Shown piece by piece: positions 42,996-57,988 of a stretch of 64,000 bases of DNA (position 1 is the stretch's first letter; the number at the start of each line of letters is the position of its first letter). The stretch is from the NCBI RefSeq assembly GCF_009914755.1, contig NC_060931.1; one strand, written 5' to 3'. Source of the DNA: the human T2T-CHM13v2.0 reference genome, Homo sapiens. The position numbers and the translations under genes were made by a program. The notes beneath the pieces are model-generated. The model saw only the letters and a list, made by a program, of their open reading frames with translations, was not told the origin of the DNA and made no database searches.

Positions 42996-45233
42996 CACAG
43001 AGGATGCAAGCAGCCCCTGCCTCTAAAGCACTCCCAGGTGCTCTGTGATTTCTCCTGAATAAATAAGCCCCATGGATGCATTTTTATGTTTTTTTAAGCA
43101 ACCGTTGCAATAACTGTTTTTTCCACATGGAAGGCAATTTCACCTGAAGCTCCCTTCCACCCAAATCCCTTCCTGCTCCCTCAGGCGGTGACTCCTCGGA
43201 GCGCTCCTGAGCTGCGTGCAGGCTCCGGGTGTCTTGGAGGTGACCGAGCTGTCCCTCTGCCGTTTGTTTCGGGAGGCTGAGCCACTTCCCCGCAATCATC
43301 CCCTGCCCGCTCCTCAGGCCCGGCTGGCCGAGACGGAACTGATGTACGTCACACACCCTGGGCTGCAAACTGTCCTCGGGACGACAGCGAAAACACACTT
43401 CAGCGGGCGAGCCGCCCAAGGTCAGCTCCTGTGCCAGCGTTTAATGGATCATCCATGAGGTCTGGGGCCCGGCAAAGGCACGGCCCAGCAGCTTCCGTGG
43501 GAAACAAGCCGTTCCCGCGGACGTCGGCGCCAGGGCTTGGGGTGGGAACAGGTGCGGGGCTGCGTCCGCCCCCGCCTGCATGCCAGAGTGAGGCAGGCCT
43601 GGCCCCGTGTGAGACGAGCCTTTCCTTCTGCAAACCCAGTTATCCCCTCGGTTGTCTCTGCAGCCAGGCACTGTCCGTCCCGGGACCTACGCAGCTGCCA
43701 TGGAAGCTCCGGTGGGTGCTCCCGGCGCGGCCGGGGGGTGGGGGTGACGAGATGCCTGTGGCTGCGCCAGCAACCACGGTTAGGTGAGAAGCGTGGAAGG
43801 AAAGGGGCATGTGGCTGCCCGGGCCTTGCCCTCAATGCCCTTCTGTGGCCCAGTTACTCCCGGCCATCTGTGTGGGAGTCTCTGCAGGTTCCGGGGAACC
43901 AGGGCGAGCACAGGCCCCAGGCTACAGAGGCTCCTGCTGCCTGCCAGGCGGGGAGGTGGGGGCAGCCATTCCTGCTCCAGCCCCAGGCACCTCTCAGGGT
44001 GGGTGGGTGGGAGTGCTCACTGCCTGTGGTTTGTGTGGCTTCAACCCCAAGCGTCCCAGTGAGGGCCCTGTCGCCTCCAGCTCCACAGGCCCAGCCCAAC
44101 TCCTCGTCTGCCCCCATTAGGCATCTCTGTCCACAGGACTCCTCCCAGACGACGGCAGACACCTCCCTCGGCCTCACCTCCCAACCAGGGGTCACCAGCA
44201 CTGAGGATTCTGCCCCCTGCAGAGCCTGGAACGCGTCCCTTCCAGCCCTCTCCACCAGGCCTGCACTCATCACCTGCAGGTGGGCCAAGCCCCGGCCTCC
44301 AGGGCCTCTCACACCCTTTCCTCCATTACTGCCCCTCCATCTGCCTGGTCACACCAGGTTCCAGAAAGAGCTCTTAAAGGGTCTCTGTCACACACAGATC
44401 ACAACCAATCTGCCCATCATAGCTTTGCGGCCAGCAGCATTTCATCTTCCCTCCAGCTGTTCTCTTCCTCCCTGGATCTTCTTTGCAAGGCCATGGGGTC
44501 CATGCCCCCCAACCATGACTCCCTCCACCATGCTGACCCCCGGCCAGGATGTCCTGACCCCAGCTGAGATGCCCAGACACCAGCAGAGATGCCCTGACCC
44601 TCGCCCGCCATTTCAGCTGTTGCTTTCTCAGCCAAGTCTCAATCTTTGGATGAACAGACATTGAGTCCTTCCAGGTACTGACCAGGGTGCTGGACACCAG
44701 AAACCTAACGGGCGCTGATGAAATCTCCACTGTGACTTCACAGCAACCCCAACCCTTCCACACACCAGCACCTCTCATCCCAGGAGAGCCTGGGCCCGGA
44801 ACTGACACGGCTTCTGCTTCCTGGGATCAAACATGCCCCCAGCCCTCCAGGCAGCCACCAGGGCAGGTGCAGGTGGGCAGGCACCTAGACCCAACCCGGA
44901 GCTGATGCCCCGTGCCCTCGGCCCCCACCCTGAGGGTCCTCTGAGAGCACCTGCCAGGTCAGGCTGCAAGTCCGCCCCAGGACCCCCTCCACGGGATACC
45001 CCAGTTTTCTTTTCCAATGAGCCTAAAAACCCTCCACAGGCTGCCTCTGCAGACACCATTCCTTAGGCCAGAAGGGAAAGGAAAGGAAGGGGTGCCACTG
45101 CTGAGAGCCCAGGCTGTGCACTGTCCACTCAGCAGGCGTCCAACAGCCCCCCGGCTTGGGTGGGCCAAGACCCACAATGTCCCAGCCCCAGGGGGCCCCA
45201 AGCTGCTTCAGCCTCTGCAACCTCTGCACGCTG

Positions 45234-45648
45234 GGTGTGTGTGTGCATGCATGTGTGCACGTGTGAGTGCGTGCACAGGTGTGTGTATGGGTGTGTTATT
45301 GTGTGCACAGGTATGTGTATGCACTGTGTGTGTGCATGTGTGCCAGAACAGAAGTCTGTGTGAGCATGTGTGCACGTGTGCATACATGCATGTCTGTGCG
45401 GTGTGTGCATGTGTGTGTGTGCATGGGTCTGCTTGGAGTGTGTATGTACGTGTGTGTGCTCAGGTGTGCATGCATGTCTGTATGTACATGTGTGTACGTG
45501 TGTGTGCACAGGTGTGCCTGTGTCCATGTGCACACGGATCAGTGTGTGTGCATGGGTTGTGGGTGTGCATGGGTTGTGGGTGTGTATATGTGCATGTGTG
45601 CACACGTGTGCATGGGTGAGTATGTGCGTTGGTGTGCATGGGTGCACA
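45234..45648. repeat. Degenerate (TG)n tract
   Basis: Direct inspection. Confidence 0.95.
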
Positions 45649-46801
45649 CTGGCTGATTATGTTCTAAAGAGGCAGAAAGCACTTTCCAGCCTGGCCCGGC
45701 TCCAGCCTCCTCCATTGACAATTCAGCAGCCCCCCTCTGCCCGCTCCCCACTTCCCGTTCTGATCCTGGTGTTCCCAAAGGGTCTCCTCCCTCCCTGTTC
45801 AGTCTCCCCACAGAGACCATACCCCACGCAGCCACCACCCATCATTCTGGACCTGGCCCTCAGCCCAGTGGGCCCCTCCGGGTCCAGCCAGAGCTGTGGC
45901 TCCTGGACACCCCTGTGGGAACCTGAGACTTGGAATCTGGATGGACGGGAGGTGGGGCCAGGGTGGGACACAGGCCGCCGCCCCCAGCGTCAGCCCATCC
46001 AGCCTCAGGCCTCCTCCCAGGTCCTCCCGTGGCTCCGTGGCCAGCCTCAACCTCCGCCGCCAGCCTCAACCTCCGCCCTTGCTCCCTCTGGGAGGACTCT
46101 GTGTTCCCAGCAATCCTGGCCCTGTCTCCGTGGCTCGAAGCTTTGCACTGCCTTCCAGGCAAGCCTGTGGCTCGGAGCTTTGCACTGCCTTCCAGGCAAG
46201 CCCACGTCCTCTCCACGTGGGCAGTCACACACTCAGGTCCCCGCCCCACCGCATTCAGGCCCTCGACTCCAGCCACAGTGACACCTCTGTGCCTCTGCAC
46301 ACAAATGTTCCCTCAGCCTGGAGGGCATTCCTAGGCCTCTTCCCGCAGCATCCCCAGAAACTGCCCAGGGCGCCAGCACTGACTCCGGCAGTGCCCAGAT
46401 GCATCTATAAATCCTCACAGCTCAGGGGAGGGGGGATCGGCCGGCCAGGACCAACAGGCCCAGGGCCCAGGGCACTGGCCCCCAAAAGCACTTCCAGAGT
46501 GAACTCCCGAGACGAACACATCAGCTTTGGAGGGAGGAAGTGTTGCAGGCGGATGCCCCCCAACCTTGCATCTGGGACGGGAGCCCAGGGGTATTTTTCC
46601 ACCATCCCTGAGTGGAGATTTATTGAGCTGCCCATTCTGGGAGCCACTGTCTGGGAACCCAGGAGTGACAACTGACAGGTGTTCACATTCACCTGCCTGG
46701 CGACTTCCTGGGCTTCCACCCAAGGAGGGGTGATTGGAACTTGCACAGCCAGGAGTGGAAGGAGGGTAAACCTAACCACACGCTTCACTTCATTCCTTCA
46801 G

Positions 46802-47320
46802 GGTTTCGCAGGAGACTGGAATAAGATCGGAATAATTCCAACAGATGCTCCAACCATCCCTCATGGACCACACGCACTCTTGGATGCTGAAGAGCAGGCT
46901 GGGGTCTGGGGCAGCCTTTAGGGGCTCTTGGGACCCCAAAGGTGTCCAGCTTGGATGTCTCCAGCAGATCTTTCTGGAAATCTGGGACACCAAGGAGGAG
47001 CACAAATGCTGGTCTTACTACTAAGCAATATGTCCCTCGGATCCAAAGGAGAGCAGGTGACCTGGGTGCAGCCACAGCCAGCTGCCACCTCCCTGGAGTC
47101 CCTCATGAAGCAATGCATTCAGGGCAGAATCCATTGCTGCCTCAGCCCCCTTCAAAGACCAGGCCCAACACCGCACCAGCTCCTTGGACACTGCCCATCT
47201 TCCCAGGGAGAGTCTCGTGCTCAGAGAGGCTATAAATATACGCCGGACAGTCAAGAGTTTCCGTCGCCAACAGAAGAGCTGAGCAAAAGGTGAAATAAAC
47301 ATCCCGTGGCTGCAAATTAA
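46802..47320 (+). ncRNA. Candidate terminal exon of an antisense lncRNA (possibly PRKAR1B-AS2)
   Basis: Acceptor cttcacttcattccttcag|, AATAAA at 47294-47299, T-rich downstream; name from locus memory only. Confidence 0.35.
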
Positions 47321-47825
47321 TTGATTTTTATCTTGCCTGAATTGCTATTTAAAACTGGTCTGGTGATTGTGGGGAGTTTCTGAAGGACTCAGCAGGACAG
47401 ATGAGGCACACGGGACGTTTTCTGGGCCCCTGCGCAGCTGCGGTGCTTGACTGGGGTAGCTCAGGCTCCGTGAGGATCTGGACTTCAGACTTGGCCCAGC
47501 TGGGTGGCTAAGGACATGCTACCTCACTTCTCCAAGTCTCAGTTTCCCCACTGTAAAATAATATAAACCTATCCAGAATCCACCAGGTTCTGGGGAGATT
47601 TAGGCAAGGATGTGGGTACCCCCGGAACACTGCCAAGGGCTTTACCTCTGCAAAAGGCTGGGGGTTATCAGCTGGTGAGGTCTGAACTCATGGAATTTTC
47701 CTCTCAGTGCATTTTCTCATCAGACATATTGGGAGGATAATGGTCATTACCTCAGAGACTCGTAAGGATTAAATGAGTTAAATATGGAAATGTTTGAAAC
47801 AGAGTAAAAGCTAAAAAAGTGTTAG

Positions 47826-49326
47826 TCACCACCGCTGCCACCTTTATCATTACCATTACCATCATCACTATCACCATCATCACCATAACCACAACCACCA
47901 TGGCCATCTTCACCATGACCATCATGGTCATCATCACTATCATCATCACCATGACATCATCATCACCATCTTCACCAACTCATCTTCACCTTCATCATCA
48001 CCATCATCATCACCATATTCACCAACTCATCACCTTCATCATCACCATTATCATCATCACCATATTCACCATTTCATCACCTCATCACCACCATCATCAC
48101 CACCACTTCCACCATCATTATCACCATCACCACCATCACCATCACCACAACCATCATCACCATCTTCACCATGACCATTGTCATCATCATCACTATCATC
48201 ACCTTCATCACCATCATGATCATCACCATCATTATGGCCACCACCATCACCATCATTGTCATCACCTTCACATCACCATTACCACCATTACCTTCATCAC
48301 CATTGTCATCACATCACCTTCATCACTATCATCACCATCATCAGCACCTTGATCACCATCATCACCTTCACCACCATCACCTTCATCATCACCACCATCA
48401 TCACTATCACATTATCATCACCATCTTCACCATCTCATCATCACTATCACCTTCATCACCATCATCACCATCTTCACCATCTCAGCACCTCCACCATCGT
48501 TATCACCATCACCACCAGCATCACCATCACCACAACCATCATTACCATCTTCACCATGACCATCGTCATCATCATCACTATCATCTTCATCACCATCATG
48601 ATCATCACCACCATCATCGCCACCATCATCACCATCGCCTCCACCATCACTATCACTGTCATCACCTTCACATCACCATTACCACCATTACCTTCATCAC
48701 CATTGTCATCACATCACCTTCATCACTATCATCACCATCATCAGCACCTTGATCACCATCATCACCACCACCACCATTATCACTATCACCTTCATCATCA
48801 CCACCATCATATCACATTATCATCACCATCTTCACCATCTCATCATCACCATCACCTTCATCACCATCATCACCATCTAATCACCTCCACCATCATTATC
48901 ACCATCATCACCATCACAACCATCATCACCATTTTCACCATGACCATCATGATCATCACCTTCATTATCACCATCATCTTCATCTTCACCATTATCAACA
49001 CCACCATCACCTCCACCATCACTATCACTGTTACCACCTTCACCATCACCATTACCATTACCTTCATCACTATTGTCATCACATCACCTTCATCACCTTC
49101 ATCATCATCACCATCACCTCCATCATCATCACCATCACCTCCATCATCATCACCATCATCACCATCATCATCACCATCACCTCCATCATCACTATCACCA
49201 TCATCACCATCACCTTCATCACCATCACCATCATCACCATCACCTTCATCACCATCACCATCATCACTATCACCATCATCATCACCATCACCTTCATCAC
49301 CATCACCGCCATCATCATCACCATCA
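47826..49326. repeat. ~1.5 kb (CAT/CAC)n low-complexity repeat with a ~400-bp internal duplication
   Basis: The block at 48256 recurs at 48656. Confidence 0.95.
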
Positions 49327-49369
49327 GTGGTGGCAGCAGCAGCAGTAGCAGCAAAATAAAAAACAGGCT

Positions 49370-49800
49370 TGGCTGGATAAACACAATGTGGGCCACTCAA
49401 ACAACGGAATATTATTCAGCCTTGAAAAGGAAGGACATTCTGACACCTGCTAGCTACAACATGGATGGCCCTTGAGGACACTATGCAAGTGAAATAAGCT
49501 AGTCACAGAGGGACAAATCCTGTCAGATCTCCCTTATAGCAGGCAGTAGAGTTCAAACTCATAGAGACAGAAAGGAGAAGGGTGGTTCTACTTTCTAGAA
49601 GGGCTGGGAGAGGGGGGTGGGGAGTGTGTGTTTGGTGGGGACAGAGCTTCAGCCTGGGAAGATGAAACATTCTGGAGATGATGGTGGTGACAGCCACACA
49701 GCAAAATGACCTGCTTAATGCCACTGAACTGTACACCTAGAAATGGTCATGATGGTAAATTTCACGTTATCTGTATTTTATCACAATTTTTAAAAACAAA
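49370..49800 (+). mobile_element. L1MB-like 3' end
   Basis: GGAATATTATTCAGCCTT...AACATGGATGGCCCTTGAGGACA...GCCACTGAACTGTACAC. Confidence 0.85.
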
Positions 49801-52800
49801 ACATTTTTAAAAGGGCCTGGCCACTGGAACCTCAACTCACTCCACCTATGGCCTCAGCTCATACTGCCTCACAGTCTCACCCATGCTCGGGGGTCATGGC
49901 CAGGGTGAGGTCACAGCCCCCCGTGCCGCTAAGCACCCCCTCGGTCTGGCCCCACACGTTTCCCACCCCTGTCCTGGAGGCATGGCCGAGCCACAAGGTA
50001 GGTGACCTTGTGTCCTGCTCCTGGGGAAGCTGCCCCCTCAGGAGCCTTTTCACCAAGTTCCTCCGGCAGCTGACTCTGGGGAGGGACAGCAGGGCCAGCA
50101 GGCCACAGCTGTGGGACTGAGAACCTGGCTGTTGAATCAGAGAGACATGCGTGGCCAAATTTAGAACACAGGAGGACAACTTCCTCCCAGAGACCATTGT
50201 TCACCACCTGGAGCTGGCCCGCCCCGGGCATGCGGACTTCCCAGAAGGACCAAGTGCTCAAGGGCCCCGGCTTCACTCAACATCATCAGAAGGTCTGGGA
50301 GGAGGGGAGCAGACCACCCCCCACAAGGGAGGGAATGTCCACAACCCACTGCCTGCAGGACCACAGCCACCACGGCCAGCCCCTGCTGCGGGGGGTGGAC
50401 GACCGTGGGGTGCTGCAAATCGATTTGTCCAGAACTGCGCATCTGTTAGGATGTTCCCAGCCAAAACATCCGTCTTTACGGCAATAGTCTTTGCATGGTG
50501 CTTAAGTCTCCTCGCTTTGCTGCCAGGAATCTGGTCAGGGTAATCCGGGACCTTGGAACCAGCCACTGCATTCCACATCTGTCTCGTCTGGGAACGCCTG
50601 CGCGGCGGTGCCCCGAGATACGGGTGGGAAACAAGATCTGGAAATGTCTGCAATGGAAAGCCGGGGCCCGCGGGGGGTGGTTCGGTCTCTGGGAGGGGAG
50701 GGTTGAGGGAGGGAGGAAGATGGTGCTTTTTAGAGTTGTTATTTTTTTTTTTTTGGTGGGGGAGAGGGTGTTAAACTTTGTATAATGTTACTTACATTAA
50801 CAAAAAAAAAAATCAGAGAGAAAATATCAAGGCAAAGGCACTTGTCAAAGGAACCACACAAATGGGACCATCCTTTGCTGAAGACGCCTCGGCGTCCCTG
50901 TCTCAGTCCGCAAGCGGCATTTTACTTGAAGAAATTACTTTGAAGGTTCTTGTCTCCCAAAGCAGAAACCCTGAGCGTGAGCTGACCAAGGCCTCAGCCT
51001 CACACCTGGCCCTCTATCCACGCAGAGAACAGCCTGCCGGCCGCCCCAATTCACATCGAAACTCACTTACGCTGAAAGGCAAGTGAAGACGTCCCATGCC
51101 TTTGGGAAAACAGTTGTCCCCTGGAGCCATCTCACAGTTCAGCCGGGTGCTGGGAAGCTCTCCCCGGCCCCCAAGCTGCTGGGCCGAACGTCCAGCTCAC
51201 TGGGAGAGGGCAGCCGTGACGTGCCCGGGACACAGCCCGTTGTGCCCAAGGCCCTGGGGGAGCTTTGCCTACAAAGGGGGGCCAGGGGGCATGCAGCCCC
51301 TCCCCTGCTCCTGGGATGACGAGGCTGCCCTGCAACAAGAGGGATGTGGGTCAGAGCCGGGTGGACCTGTGTGTCCCTCTCGGTCAGCTGTGGCCGCTGG
51401 AGCACTCAGGAGCCTGCCCCAGCAGGGTCTGAGCAGAGCAGGGGCACTCGCAGCCCAGGGGAGGGATGCTGGCACCTGGTGGACAGCAGGCAGGGTGAGG
51501 CCGGAGTCCCTCTAAGCACCGAGGAAGCTCTCACACCCGTAATGACCCTGGCCAGTGAGCCCGCAGACCCCACGGACAGGGCCACCCCAGGGCCAGACCC
51601 CGAGGGCCCTGGAACCGTCACTGTCCCCGCGCAGATGTCCGCATGCACAAAGTCCACACAGGGCCCAGGTGGAGGGCTCAGAGCCCAGCCCCGGGGTTCT
51701 GGAAAAGTGTTTCTTCCAGTCCAGCCCAGAAGGAATGTTTTTATTTTCCTGCTAGAGGCCAGGCCAAATGGGCCCCCTTTCAAGATGCGCTGAGATTTCC
51801 CTCAGACAGGGAAGACTTGGCACCCACCCACAGTGACCGCTGGGCAGAGGCCAAGCCCGGCACCTCGGCGGATCTCACCTGCCCTGACCCGCGAGAGGAG
51901 GGAGGACGCGCGGCCGGTGCAGGTTCCCCCACAGGCACATACTCCTAGGCCTCCGGAAGGTTGACCGCAGGCTCGTGGCAGGGCCCTGAGGCCAAGGGTG
52001 GGCCAGGGATGTGGTTCTGAGCACTTCTCACTTGGCTCTCAGAAGAGGCTGTGGTGTCCAGGCAGAATGTTATAAAGCGACTTTCATACCCCCCGTCAAG
52101 GAGCTCGGGGGGCCTGGGAGCCTTCCCTGCCCAGGGTTTGCAGCTCCGCTCTTGCGTAGCCTCGCCCCACCCTCCCGCGCTCCTGTGTCCCCGAGGCTGT
52201 CAGGATGCCCTCCATCTGGCAGACTCCTACTCCTACTTCAATACCCGTCCCCCCACTGCCTGCCCAGCAGTCCCCGAGCCCTCCCTCATCCCCCGCCGTC
52301 CCCTCAGGGTGACTGCCCTGTGCTGTGGCCGGCCTGCTCCTGTCTGGTTTATTCGCCACGTGGCACGGCCCTCGGCAAAGCAGCTGGACTATCTCCCTCC
52401 TCTGCAAATCAGCCCCCAACTCCGGCCATTGCGGCCGTCACACCCAGAGTAACGCTGGCGTTCCAACCCCGGTCAGCAGAGCTCTGCAACCGGAGCCCCC
52501 CAGACTCACCCTGCCCGCTCTCCCACCTTGGACCGCTGCCTGCAGCCCCCTCCCTCCCGGTATCCAGGCCCCTGCCCCACGGCCCCCACCACCCTCCCTG
52601 CAGCCCAAGCGACACCACTCCCAGCACTCTCTGTGTCGGGTCCTGCTTCACGTCTCTTCCAAGCCCTCATGTCCTTCCAAAGCATCTCACGCCCCTAGAA
52701 CGCCAGCCGGAGAGAGGACAGGGCGTGTCTGCGGCCCACGGCATCTCTCCAGCCCCGGGACCGGAGCTGATGCCTGGGAAACATGTATGGCTTAGGCCCC

Positions 52801-55800
52801 TGTGGCTCCGGCACTCCAGCAGAGCCTCCTCCAGAAGGCGGCCCCAAAAGAGCGACAAGTAGGAACTGAAAGGGCCACCACAAGTAAGCAGCACCACGAG
52901 TAAGCAGCAACGCTTCAAAATGTGGCACCGGCACTGTCCAAGACCCCAGCCAGGAGCCTCGCAGCGCAGGCCGGGTCTGTCCGAGACCCCAGCCAGGAGC
53001 CTCGCGGTACAGGCTGGGTCCCAGCTGACCCCACCCGATGACGGGGTGTGCACGGGGTCCTCCAGGGGTGCTGTTTTGCAGGGGTCCCTTTCCTAAAAGC
53101 ATCCAGCAGCGACCCGTGGATTTTGAACAATGGGCCGTCCCCTGGTTCAGGCGTCGGCGGGGAGGAGGCGCGGGGCTCTGATGAGCCAGGAAAAGTTCCC
53201 AGGCCCAAGGGCAGCTTTGCAACGTGTTGTTTTGCAGTTGTTTCAACGTTGTGGACATTCATAAAATTAATTTGCTAAGAGAGGAGATAAATCCACTCTA
53301 GCATTCCCATAGCAACACCTCCCAGGCCGCTGCCGCCCCGTATAGGAGGAAGCTGGGGAATTTCGGTCTCGGGATTTTTACGGGGAACCGGCTCCCGGGG
53401 TCCAGCTGCCCCCAGGCTGTGGGGAGGTCTCCGGGAGGGGAACTCCAGGGGCCTGGAAAAGCAGGCGTGCGGCCCCAGATGGAGGAATGTGCGCAGGGAA
53501 CCTGAGATGGTGCCCGGGCGGGCACCGCCCCACCCAGCCCCGGCCGAATGCCGCTCCACTTTCCCGTCCGCGGTGAGGTGACGGAACAGCTGGACCGTCC
53601 CCGCCTCCGGGAGCCCGCACAGCCCTGGCACACACTGCCGCCTCTCCGCTAGGCCCTGGACGCCACTCTCACTGGGGAGCGAGCCGGGTGTCCGCCGGAG
53701 GCAGGGCACAGAGATGACACTTCTGCTCCCATTGCCACAGGACCGAGGACTCTGTCCCCATTTAGAGCTCCTGGGGCCTGGGGCTGCCCCCCAACCTTTG
53801 GTAAGAGCCCCTAGAAATATCCAGCTCCCCTCACCCCGAGGCTGACGGCAGGTGCAGGCCTCACAAGGACGCAGGACGCCCAGGCCCTGGGGCTCAGGGC
53901 TCCCGCTGACGCACAGGGTGCGGTGGGTACCATAGCTCTCCATCTCCATGTCTGCAGCTCCCAAGGTTCACAACCCACAGGCCTGCGGAGGAGTGACCGC
54001 TCCAGTCTGCTGAGAATATTTTCCAACAGCTGTGGGGATCGGGTGTCTGAGGGGCTGGCAGCTCCCCACAGCTTCAGAGACAGCGGGCGTGACCCCGTGG
54101 GGTTGGGGACAAGGAAAAGCAGCCTCCACCCAGGAGGGGCCTGCTCCTGCAGAGAGACCCGCGGGGGTCTCGGGAGTTGGGGTTCCTGCAGCCCGGCCCT
54201 GCCTTCCCAGCTGCCTCCATGGCGCCCAGCTCAGCTCTGCAGTGGAGTTGCCCCCGAGGCCTGCAGGTATTCATGCCTCACAGGTGTGAGCAGGGGCTGT
54301 TTTCCACACCTGTGCGGGGCTGGGGTCCCCACACCTGAGGGAAATCAGCTCCCAAAACAATCACATCTTCGGGCAGAGTGGGAGCAAGGCACAGCAGGCT
54401 GCCATTGCAGACTGGGCCAGCCCTCACTGGCGTCCACCCTGGAGAGCCGAGGGGAGCAGGAGGCCCCAGGTGGAGGGTAGGCGGGAGGAGAGAAAGGTGA
54501 GGCGGGAGCTCCGTGGCCCTACAGGGATGAGGCCTCATGCACAGGGCATCTGCGACCCACCAAGGCCGTGATTTACAAAACAATGTGCTTTAGAAACTGC
54601 TGGAGGAAGAATGACAGTGAGCAGACAGGGCAGGACGCCGGCCCCAGGGAGAGCGAGGGACCGGCATCTCCTCCACGCGCTGCTTCAAGAAAAACAAACG
54701 GCGGCCACGAGGGCAGCCACTGAGCCTCCGGCGCCTGCCGAGAAGCCGCCCCACCGGCCGGGCCCCGCCGCACCTGTCTGATGCTGTCGGTGGCCGCCCT
54801 GGACGTGCGGTCCACAGCTGGAAACCGCAATAAGCTGCGAAGCGCGTCGGTTCCGAGCCTCTGATCCCTGCACCCCGGGGTCACACTGACTTACCAAATT
54901 TGGCTGATCACAGAGGAAAAGTGAAAAAGATCCAGGTTGCCAAGGAGACCCTTTCAAATACATTTTACAGCGCTATGAAAGCGATACCTTCCCTCGGGTT
55001 GAGTTTCGTCCCGGAGGACGTGCAAGGCGCTGTTTTATGTGAATCTGCACAGCCCCCCTCACCTCCCCTCCCGACCCCCACACACTCTGTCAGTGGTCAG
55101 GGCACCCTGCGCAGCGCTCTGCTCTCCCCACAGACACCAGCAGGCCCCTCCCCACATGCCCCTCCTCAGAGCCTTTCCGGGAAGCCTGTGCAGGAGCGCG
55201 TGGGGGCTCCTGCGGAGGGGCAGCCAGCATCTGACCCCAGCACCCCTCCTGGGGACTCTGCAGAGAGCCTGTAGAACCTCCGGGAAGCAGCTGTTCCCAA
55301 CACAAAACCACACTGCCGGAGAGCCGGGTGAGCCCCCCAAGATCACGAAAATCAGCCGTAACGGCCTTCAGCAGATGTGCCACTGCGGGGCCTGGCTCCC
55401 ACAGCCCGCAAAACACCCAAGAAGGTAAAATCCGAGTCGTCAACCAGGGAGTGGACAGAGGGTCAGAAAGCGGAAAACACTGGAAGTTGTGCTCGCAAGA
55501 CTGGGATCGCGGAGTCGGGCACACCCATGGTGGAGGCACAGCTGGCAGAGCCTCCCAGCTGCGGGAGGCAGCGTCTGCCCCTCGCCGGTCCCCACACCTG
55601 TCCTCAGCCGATGACCCCGGCGTGGATGTGGAGGGCGTGGCTGGCAGAATCCCCCCGCCGGGGTGCGGTTGGGTCACACGCGGTGTGCGTGGGGGGCTCC
55701 CAGGACGCCCGGCACATACTCAACACTCAGAACACGCCGCGCGACTCGGTGATGCCATCTCCTCTGTTCAGGGGTGAGAACACCGCGCGTGCGGCCTTGA

Positions 55801-56178
55801 TCTGCTCTCTGTGAAGACGCACCCACGATCCACGCCCCCCACACACATTTTCATGATTTTCCTACACGGGTCCTTGGGCTCAGCTGGGAGGGGCCTTGCT
55901 CTGCAGTGAATAATGGGTGATTGTCTGAATCAGCCACAGCTACCCATTCTCTCAGTTTCAAGACCATTAAAGCCGAGGCTGCCAACTCAGAAGCCCCCGA
56001 GTGCCTGCAGAGACGGCTGAGAAGCCGAGAGCAGGGCAGGGCAGGGGCTGAGAAAGCTGGGAAGCCTTTCACACCAGAAGGGGCATCTGCCTCTCAGCTC
56101 CAGCTGGGTAGGGCCAGACAGGGCTGCAGGTCCAGTGTGGCCGGATGTCAGATTTTTAAAGAGAATTAACAGATCCAG

Positions 56179-56475
56179 ATTTTTTTTTTTTTTTGAGACA
56201 GGCTCTTGCTCTGTGGCCCAGGCTGGAGTACAATGGCGTGATCTCAGCTCACTGCAATCTCTGCCTCCTGGGTTCAAGTGATTCTTATGCCTCAGCCTCC
56301 CAGTAGCCGGGATTACAGGCACCTGCTACCACACCCGGCTAATTTTTGTATTTTTAGTAGAGATGGGGTTTCACCATGTTGGCCAGGCTGATCTTGAAGT
56401 CCTGACCTCAAGTGATCCATCTGCCTCAGCCTCCCAAAGTGCTGGGATTATAGGCGTGAGCCACCACGCCTGGCC
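56179..56475 (-). mobile_element. Alu (S-like) within a MER58-like remnant
   Basis: Full reverse Alu; TSD CCAGATTTTT. Confidence 0.9.
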
Positions 56476-56749
56476 AGCGACCCAGATTTTTATGTGAAAT
56501 CTCCTGACTATAAAATATCAACAAGTAATCCAAATGTTTAAAAAAACACTGCACAGGCCAACACAAATTTGTCTCTGGGCCAGATTGAGCCTGTAAGCAC
56601 CAGTTTCTTGTCAATGGTTGTAAAACCTAGAGCAACTAAAGATATCTGCCTTTCCACCTGTCACCGCAGTCGTCCTGCTGGCGGTGGAGCGGCCGGGAGA
56701 GCCACCGCCATTGCTCTGTTGTCTAGGCAAGGAAGGGCTCTACTGACGT

Positions 56750-57604
<855 letters not shown>

Positions 57605-57643
57605 AACAGCCGCCTTTAATACACCAGATTTCAGCTATCGGTT

Positions 57644-57988
57644 TGCAATCCTCTCCTCTGCTCACGGGCGAACATGACGCTGGCATCCTCTCCTCTGCTC
57701 ATGGGCAAATGTGCACGCTGGCATCCTCTGCTCTGCACATGGGTGGGTGTGCACGCTGGCATCCTCTCCTCTGCACACGGGCAAATGTGCACACAGGCAT
57801 CCTCTCCTCTGCACACAGGTGGGCGTGCACGCTGGCATAGTCTCCTCTGCACACGGGCGGGCGTGCACGCTGGCATCCTCTCCTCTGCAGACGGGCGGGC
57901 GTGCACGCTGGCATCCTCTCCTCTGCACATGGGCAGGCGTGCACGCTGGCATCCTCTCCTCTGCACACGGGCGGGTGTGCACGCTGGA
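57644..57988. repeat. 38-bp VNTR, ~9 copies (GCACGCTGGCATCCTCTCCTCTGCACACGGGCGGGCGT)
   Basis: Anchors at 57679, 57717, 57755, etc. Confidence 0.95.

Noticed and set aside
43537-44664. 375 aa ORF
   Set aside because: TTG start, no recognisable domain, GC-rich intronic antisense; cannot be supported without Ribo-seq or conservation.
47752-49400. Histidine-rich protein ORFs
   Set aside because: Translation of the (CAT/CAC)n repeat.
51563-51583. REST/RE1 site in a neuronal gene
   Set aside because: Only the right half (CACGGACAGGGCC) matches; the left half TTCAGCAC is absent.
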